From the NCBI GenBank assembly GCA_038840695.1, contig JAWBVE010000004.1, positions 774 to 64,773 on the forward strand: a stretch of DNA of 64,000 nucleotides, read 5' to 3'. A model generated the notes under the pieces. That model had not been told where the DNA came from. It ran no database searches and saw only the letters and a program-made list of their open reading frames with translations. The position numbers and the translations under genes were made by a program. This DNA is from Candidatus Pacearchaeota archaeon (GTDB lineage: Archaea > Nanobdellota > Nanobdellia > Pacearchaeales > JAPDKA01). This document shows, in pieces, positions 58,700-64,000 of the stretch (the first letter of the stretch is position 1; each line of letters opens with the position of its first letter).

Positions 58700-58791
58700 G
58701 CAAAACTAAAAAATAAACAAAAAAAATAAAAACTAAAAAAACCAAAATAAAAACCAAAATAAAAACTAAAAATAAAAACTGGAAATAAAAA
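58700..58791 (+). repeat. A-rich low-complexity leader (AAAAC(C/T)AAAAT units)
   Basis: Tandem degenerate 12-mers upstream of the hsp20 ATG. Confidence 0.75.
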
Positions 58792-59214
58792 ATGGTAAGG
58801 GATATATTTGATGAGATATTTGAGAAGATGGCAAGACTTAGGAGAGAGCTTGAGTTAGGCTTTGAGAGATTTGAGAAAGAAATGCGAGTGCCAATGTTAG
58901 ATTTGCGAGAAACGGAGAATGAACTTATTGCGTCTATAGAAATGCCTGGAATTGACAAAAAAGATATAGAGCTAATACTTACAGAAGACAGCCTTGAAGT
59001 TAAGGCTGAAAAAAAGAAAGAGGCAAAGGTGGAGAAAGAAGGCTATATCAAGGCAGAAAGAGCTTATAAGGGCTTTCATAGGTTTATAAGTCTTCCAGTA
59101 AAAATTATTCCAGAGCAGGCAAGCGCAAGCTACAAAGATGGCATTCTCGAAGTCAGAATGCCAAAGGCAGAGAAGAAAAAAGTTAAGAAAGGACTAAAAG
59201 TAGAAATAAAGTAG
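58792..59214 (+). CDS. Hsp20/alpha-crystallin small heat-shock protein
   Basis: P..D..E, EMPGI.K.DI, ER.Y..F.R.I.LP, ASYKDGILEV..PK, C-terminal VEI. Confidence 0.95.
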   Translation: MVRDIFDEIFEKMARLRRELELGFERFEKEMRVPMLDLRETENELIASIEMPGIDKKDIELILTEDSLEVKAEKKKEAKVEKEGYIKAERAYKGFHRFISLPVKIIPEQASASYKDGILEVRMPKAEKKKVKKGLKVEIK

Positions 59215-59372
59215 ATCAAGTGAAAGAAGAGGAAAAAGAGGTCCAATATAGCTTCGCATACCTTCTTTTGTTTCCTAAAAGAATAGAAAAGAATAGATTT
59301 GCAAAGATTTAAAAATACCAATTTTCTATTTAAAAAGAAAAGAAAAAGAAAAAATTAATTTATTATTAAAAG

Positions 59373-60269
59373 ATGAATGAAGCTATTAAAGAAAAAAAGG
59401 AGAAAGTTCTAAAGCAAGTTAAAAAAAGTGAAGCCGCCGAAGCCACCGAAGCCACAGAAGCTAGCGAGCTTAAAAAAGTCGAGCTAGAACATAAGGAAAG
59501 AAAGCTTGTTGTGCCTGGCGAAGTTGTGGCTAGTGGCTATGAGTATTTGGCAGGAGAGGGCTGTGCACGAGAGGAAAGAGATATAGTTGCTATTAAATTC
59601 GGGATTTTGAGTAGAGAAGGAAATTTATTTAAAGTTATACCTATAGGAGGTGTTTATTTGCCTCGCGTGGGGAATGTAGTTATAGGGCAGATCATTGATG
59701 TTACTTTTAATGGCTGGTTTGTTGATATATATGCTCCTTATCAGGCATTCTTGCCAGTCACAGAAGTAATGAGTAAAGCAACAAGTAAATGGGATAGTGA
59801 AAATTTCATTAACTATTATGATATTGGCGATATAATAATAACAAAAGTTAAAGCAGTTCAACCGAGGAGTGTAACCTTAACGATGCATGATCGTGGGCTA
59901 ACTAAAATAACTTCTGGCCTACTTGTTAAAATTGGGCCTTCGAGAGTAGCTAGAATAATTGGAAAGCAAGGAAGTATGGTTAATGTTATTAAAGATATAA
60001 CCAAGACAAAAATAATTGTTGGCCAGAATGGCATAGTTTGGGTAAAAGGCGAGAATGCCGAATCAGAACTTCTTGCTAAGGAAGCTATCGAGCTTGTTGC
60101 AGAAAATCCCTTACTTGATGGCTTGACAGAAAAAGTTAAAAAACTCTTAGAAGAAAAGATGAAAAAAGTTGAGGAAGGGAGCAAGAAAGAAAGGAAAGAA
60201 AAAATGGAAGAAAAAGAAAGAAAAGAAGAAAGAAAAGAAGAAAAAATGGAAGAAAAGAAGAAAAGTTAA
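59373..60269 (+). CDS. rrp4: Exosome RNA-binding subunit Rrp4
   Basis: LVVPGE, Y.P.VG..VIG.I, KH RIIGKQGSM, VGQNGIVW. Confidence 0.95.
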   Translation: MNEAIKEKKEKVLKQVKKSEAAEATEATEASELKKVELEHKERKLVVPGEVVASGYEYLAGEGCAREERDIVAIKFGILSREGNLFKVIPIGGVYLPRVGNVVIGQIIDVTFNGWFVDIYAPYQAFLPVTEVMSKATSKWDSENFINYYDIGDIIITKVKAVQPRSVTLTMHDRGLTKITSGLLVKIGPSRVARIIGKQGSMVNVIKDITKTKIIVGQNGIVWVKGENAESELLAKEAIELVAENPLLDGLTEKVKKLLEEKMKKVEEGSKKERKEKMEEKERKEERKEEKMEEKKKS

Positions 60270-60292
60270 GAAAAAAGTGAAAAAAAGTTAAG

Positions 60293-61006
60293 ATGGCATA
60301 CACAAAGCGGTTTGATGGTAGAGCATTTGATGAAGTAAGACCAATTAGAGCAGAAGTCGGAATTATAGAGAATGCTGATGGCTCTGCTCTATTTGCTTTC
60401 GGCGATACTGTAGCCATAGCAGCTGTCTATGGCCCAAGACAGCTTTATCCACAGCATTTACAAAATCCAGAAAAAGCTTTACTTAGAGCTTATTATGATA
60501 TGCTCTCTTTTTCTGTTAAGGAAAGAAAAAAGCCGGGCCCTTCGAGGAGAAGTGCTGAAATAAGCCATGTCACAACACAGGCACTTGCACCAGTTTTACT
60601 TTTAAATAAATTTCAAAATTGTGTTATCGATGTTTATATACAGATTGTCCAAGCCAATGCCTCAACTAGAACAGCAGGAATAAATGCAGCAAGTCTTGCC
60701 TTGGCTCATGCAGGAATTCCTATGAAAGACCTTGTATGTAGTGTTTCTGCCGGCAAGATTGGAAATGCCATAGTTGTTGATTTAACAAAGGAGGAAGAGG
60801 ATTATAAAGAAAATAATGTTAAGGAAGCAACAGATATTGCTCTTGCCTTTGAAGCTAAAAGCAAAGACATATGCTTGCTACAGCTTGATGGAAAAATAAG
60901 CCCGGCAGATCTTTTTAAGGCAATAGAACTTGCAAGAAAAGCAAGCAGTAAGGTTTATGAAGCTCAAGTAAAAGCATTAAAAGGAATAAAAGCAAAATGG
61001 ATTTAA
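60293..61006 (+). CDS. rrp41: Exosome subunit Rrp41
   Basis: RFDGR..DE.RPI, ADGSA, AVYGPR, PGPSRRS.EIS, R.AGINAASLALA.AGIPM. Confidence 0.96.
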   Translation: MAYTKRFDGRAFDEVRPIRAEVGIIENADGSALFAFGDTVAIAAVYGPRQLYPQHLQNPEKALLRAYYDMLSFSVKERKKPGPSRRSAEISHVTTQALAPVLLLNKFQNCVIDVYIQIVQANASTRTAGINAASLALAHAGIPMKDLVCSVSAGKIGNAIVVDLTKEEEDYKENNVKEATDIALAFEAKSKDICLLQLDGKISPADLFKAIELARKASSKVYEAQVKALKGIKAKWI

Positions 61007-61027
61007 AATTTCAAAAAGGATTGAAAA

Positions 61028-61831
61028 ATGGAAACGTCTAAAGTAATGCGTGCCACTTTAGTAGGGCTTTTAAAGAAAGGGAAGAGGTTAGATGAAAGAA
61101 AGCTCGACGAATATAGAAAAATTCAGGTAAGGTCGGGGATAAGTAATAATGCTGAGGGAAGTGCTGAAGTGAGGCTTGGCAAAACTATTGTGTATGTAGG
61201 AGTAAAAATTGACATAGGCGAGCCTTTCCGTGATGCCCCTGATGAAGGTATACTTGTTGTTAATGCAGAACTTTTGCCTCTATCTTATCCTGGCTTTGAG
61301 CCTGGTCCACCAGGTATTGATGCTATTGAACTTGCAAGGATTGTTGATAGAGGCATTAGAGAGAGTGAGTTCATAAAGTTAAAAGAGCTTTGCATTGAGC
61401 CAGGAAAAAAAGTTTATTCTGTCTTTATTGATATTTATCCTATAAACTATGATGGCAATCTTGTTGATGCAAGTTTTTTAGCTAGTATTATTGCTTTAAG
61501 ACAAGCCTTCTTGCCAAAACTTGAGAAGCAAGGAGAGGATTGGCAGATAGTTTACGGCGAGAAAACAAATAAAAAACTTCCTTTAAATTCAAAAATACCA
61601 TTGATGGTGACTGTTTATAAGATGGAAGACGTACTTTTTCTTGATCCAAATCTTACAGAGGAAAAGGCCTGTGATGCAAAAATAAGCCTTGGGTTTACTG
61701 AAGATAAAAAAGAGCTAATCATACATGCAATGCAAAAGCTCGGAGAAGATAAATTAAAACAAGCCCAATTACAAGCCATAATCGAACTTGCAAAAAAAGG
61801 TGCAGAACAAATAAAAAAATTTTTAATTTGA
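61028..61831 (+). CDS. rrp42: Exosome subunit Rrp42
   Basis: R.D.R..DEYR, AEGSA.V.LG.T, FEPGPP, ELAR.VDRGIRES, DGNL.DA. Confidence 0.96.
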   Translation: METSKVMRATLVGLLKKGKRLDERKLDEYRKIQVRSGISNNAEGSAEVRLGKTIVYVGVKIDIGEPFRDAPDEGILVVNAELLPLSYPGFEPGPPGIDAIELARIVDRGIRESEFIKLKELCIEPGKKVYSVFIDIYPINYDGNLVDASFLASIIALRQAFLPKLEKQGEDWQIVYGEKTNKKLPLNSKIPLMVTVYKMEDVLFLDPNLTEEKACDAKISLGFTEDKKELIIHAMQKLGEDKLKQAQLQAIIELAKKGAEQIKKFLI

Positions 61832-61849
61832 AAAGATTGATAGGTTAGC

Positions 61850-62278
61850 ATGGCTGAAAAGGCAAAAGCTGGGAGAGAAGAGAGAGGCAAGAGCGAAGAG
61901 AGCTATACGAGATATGAAATAGCGCGAATAATTGCTGCTCGAGCATTACAACTTAGCATGAATGCTCCAATTCTTTTAAAGCTCTCAAAAGAGCAATTAG
62001 AAAGCTTGGCTTATAATCCTATTAAGATAGCCGAACTTGAATTTAAGGAAGGAGTATTGCCTATTACTGTGAAGAGGCCAAGGCCGAGACCACTATTATT
62101 AGTACCTTACGAAGAAGAACTGCCAGAAAAAATTGTAGAGGCTGGAACAGAAGAAGAGAAAGAAAAAGAGAAAGAAGAAGTAGTCGCAGAAACAATAGAA
62201 AGTGAGCTCGAGCCTGTTGAGATTGAGGAAAAAGAGGTTATTGAAGAGGAAGAAGAAAAAGAGGGCTTTGAGGAATAA
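61850..62278 (+). CDS. rpoK: RNA polymerase subunit K (Rpo6) with acidic tail
   Basis: YTRYE.ARII.ARALQLSM.AP, IAELE...G.LPITVKRP. Confidence 0.96.
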   Translation: MAEKAKAGREERGKSEESYTRYEIARIIAARALQLSMNAPILLKLSKEQLESLAYNPIKIAELEFKEGVLPITVKRPRPRPLLLVPYEEELPEKIVEAGTEEEKEKEKEEVVAETIESELEPVEIEEKEVIEEEEEKEGFEE

Positions 62279-62337
62279 AGCGCGATGGGTATAAGGCTGG
62301 TAGGCGAAGTAAGGCGGCTTGTTAAAAGCTTATATTT

Positions 62338-63636
62338 ATGAAATTGAGTCAAATAAAAGCTTCAAAGGTTTATGATTCGAGAGGAAAAGCTACGATAGAA
62401 GTTACCATAAACTTTAATAGTACTAGCGTGAGTGCAAGTGCGCCTAATGGCACTTCTCGAGGGAAAAAAGAGGTTATCGATTTCTCTAGGAAAGGCGTAG
62501 ATTATAGCATAGAGTTAGTGAATAAAGTTGGGGCCGAGATATTGAGTAAGGGGCTTAAGTTTGAGAGCTTCGAAGATTTGGCAAAGATAGAGGAAATTAT
62601 TAGGAAATATGATAGCAGTTCTGATTATCGGATTTTCGGCGGGAATGCAGTTTATGCTCTCGAGGCAGCTATGCTAAAAGCTATTGCAAAAGCCAATGAG
62701 CTAGAGACATGGCAATTGCTTGAAAGCAGGGCAAAAGCAAAGCCAAAAATGCCCTTACCTCTTGGCAATTGCATTGGAGGAGGAAAGCACATTAAGGAAA
62801 GCGAAAAGCCAGAATTTCAGGAATTTTTGCTTACACCAAGAACAAAAAAATTTTTTGAGGCAGTTTTTATTAATCGAGAGGCTTATAAAAGGGCAAAAGA
62901 GTTTTTGCAAAAAAAAGGAAAGTTGACTGGCTTGACTATTGAAAATGCTCTTTTTGGGCCTTTTAGCAATGAAGAAGCCCTCTCTATTCTTGAAGAAGTT
63001 AGGGAAAGCATAAAAGAAAGCTTTGGCATAAAGCTAGAGCTTGGCGTAGACATAGCGGCTACAAGCTTTTATAGCAAAAGCAAAAATGCATATTATTACT
63101 CAAAGCCTGCCAGGCCTGCCCAGCCAGCCCAGCCAGTCCAGCCAGTTGAGCTCACCAAGCCTGCTAAGTCTATCAGGCCAGCCATTCTTTCAGCATCGGC
63201 CCAGCTTGACTATATAAGTGAATTAATAAAAAAGCATGGCTTATTTTATGTTGAAGATCCTTTCCATGAAGATGACTTTAAAAGTTTTTCAAAGCTATCG
63301 GCACTTACAAAATGCCTAATTGTAGGGGATGACTTGACTTGCACTAATGCAGAAATTATAAAGAAGGCAATAGCATGCAAGGCTATAAAGGGAGTAATAA
63401 TAAAGCCAAATCAGGCAGGAAGCTTGATTGCAACAAAGCAGGCTTTTGATCTTGCAAGGCGCGCAGGCCTAAAAACGATAATAAGCCATCGAAGCGGCGA
63501 AACAGAGGATGATTTCATAGCAGATCTTGCAGTTGGCTGGCAGGCAGATTTTATTAAGGCAGGCATAATTGGCAAAGAGAGAGAAGCAAAGCTCAAGAGA
63601 GTTGTTGCTATAGAAAAATCTCTGACTGGAGAGTGA
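62338..63636 (+). CDS. eno: Enolase
   Basis: DSRG..T.EV, GG.H, FQEF, G.D.AA, EDP, VGDDL, IKPNQ.G, SHRSGETED, IKAG. Confidence 0.93.
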   Translation: MKLSQIKASKVYDSRGKATIEVTINFNSTSVSASAPNGTSRGKKEVIDFSRKGVDYSIELVNKVGAEILSKGLKFESFEDLAKIEEIIRKYDSSSDYRIFGGNAVYALEAAMLKAIAKANELETWQLLESRAKAKPKMPLPLGNCIGGGKHIKESEKPEFQEFLLTPRTKKFFEAVFINREAYKRAKEFLQKKGKLTGLTIENALFGPFSNEEALSILEEVRESIKESFGIKLELGVDIAATSFYSKSKNAYYYSKPARPAQPAQPVQPVELTKPAKSIRPAILSASAQLDYISELIKKHGLFYVEDPFHEDDFKSFSKLSALTKCLIVGDDLTCTNAEIIKKAIACKAIKGVIIKPNQAGSLIATKQAFDLARRAGLKTIISHRSGETEDDFIADLAVGWQADFIKAGIIGKEREAKLKRVVAIEKSLTGE

Positions 63637-63740
63637 GAAAGTAATCCGGCCAGAGCAAGGCTCTTATGGTTTTATGTTTTCCCAAGCTAATTCGCTATTT
63701 TGACTCAATAAATTTTTAAAATACCTTTCAATTTTTTATT

Positions 63741-64000
63741 ATGTTTGAATTTTTAATCAACCCGAAAAAAGCTGAAAAGAGGCCGTGGGAAATGTTTTTT
63801 ATAGGCCTACTCTATAGTGCAATTGCTCTAGGCCTTGTTGATCTTGTCTTTATAAAAAATCCTGTCTTCAAGAACTATGCAAGCATGATGATAATCCTAT
63901 TTACAGTAATGCTTTGTATTCCTTTTGTTTTTTATCTTTTTGCTTACGAAGAAAGAGAAGATCTTACTTTAAAAAAAGAAAGAGAAATTTTAAAAGAGCA
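63741..64000 (+). CDS. Membrane protein, 5' part only (possibly stage II sporulation protein M family)
   Basis: Open to the window end: MFEFLINPKKAEKRPWEMFFIGLLYS...; TATA-like element about 25 nt upstream; not in the ORF track. Confidence 0.7.
   Translation, partial: MFEFLINPKKAEKRPWEMFFIGLLYSAIALGLVDLVFIKNPVFKNYASMMIILFTVMLCIPFVFYLFAYEEREDLTLKKEREILKE

Noticed and set aside
377..63596. Numerous short ORFs antisense to or overlapping the called genes (many Phe/Ser/Leu-rich)
   Set aside because: Shadow frames of Lys/Glu-rich genes and A-rich spacers; no motifs
1..64000. CRISPR array, cas genes, rRNA, integrase or transposase
   Set aside because: No regularly spaced repeat-spacer pattern or recognisable motifs; the repeats seen are short tandem or low-complexity tracts

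Overview
Chromosomal window from an AT-rich DPANN-type archaeon. The gene set and the conserved pilin-like cluster suggest Pacearchaeota/Woesearchaeota; that assignment is inferred, not tested phylogenetically. The archaeal core includes PolB-FEN1-Dpo4, RadA, an RPA-like protein, HisRS, GlyRS, uS15-DHH, psmA-SBDS-exosome-rpoK-eno, Sec61beta, four intron-less tRNAs and a compact RNase P RNA. Mixed in are two clusters of class III signal-peptide (pilin-like) genes, large Cys/Gly-rich surface proteins and many secreted hydrolases. The most striking observation is a divergent pair of apparently intact, exported peptidoglycan hydrolases (SLT+LysM lytic transglycosylase and M23 endopeptidase) in an organism that should have no peptidoglycan. 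Other highlights are a near-canonical GGDEF domain protein, a helical-repeat protein ending in a Janus/Ocnus (PHPT1)-like domain, an FKBP/GILT-like fusion, an unusual minimal RNase P RNA, two broken genes missing from the ORF track, and frequent short tandem duplications. No CRISPR array, rRNA, integrase or transposase was seen. All family calls come from motif recognition by eye; no searches were run.
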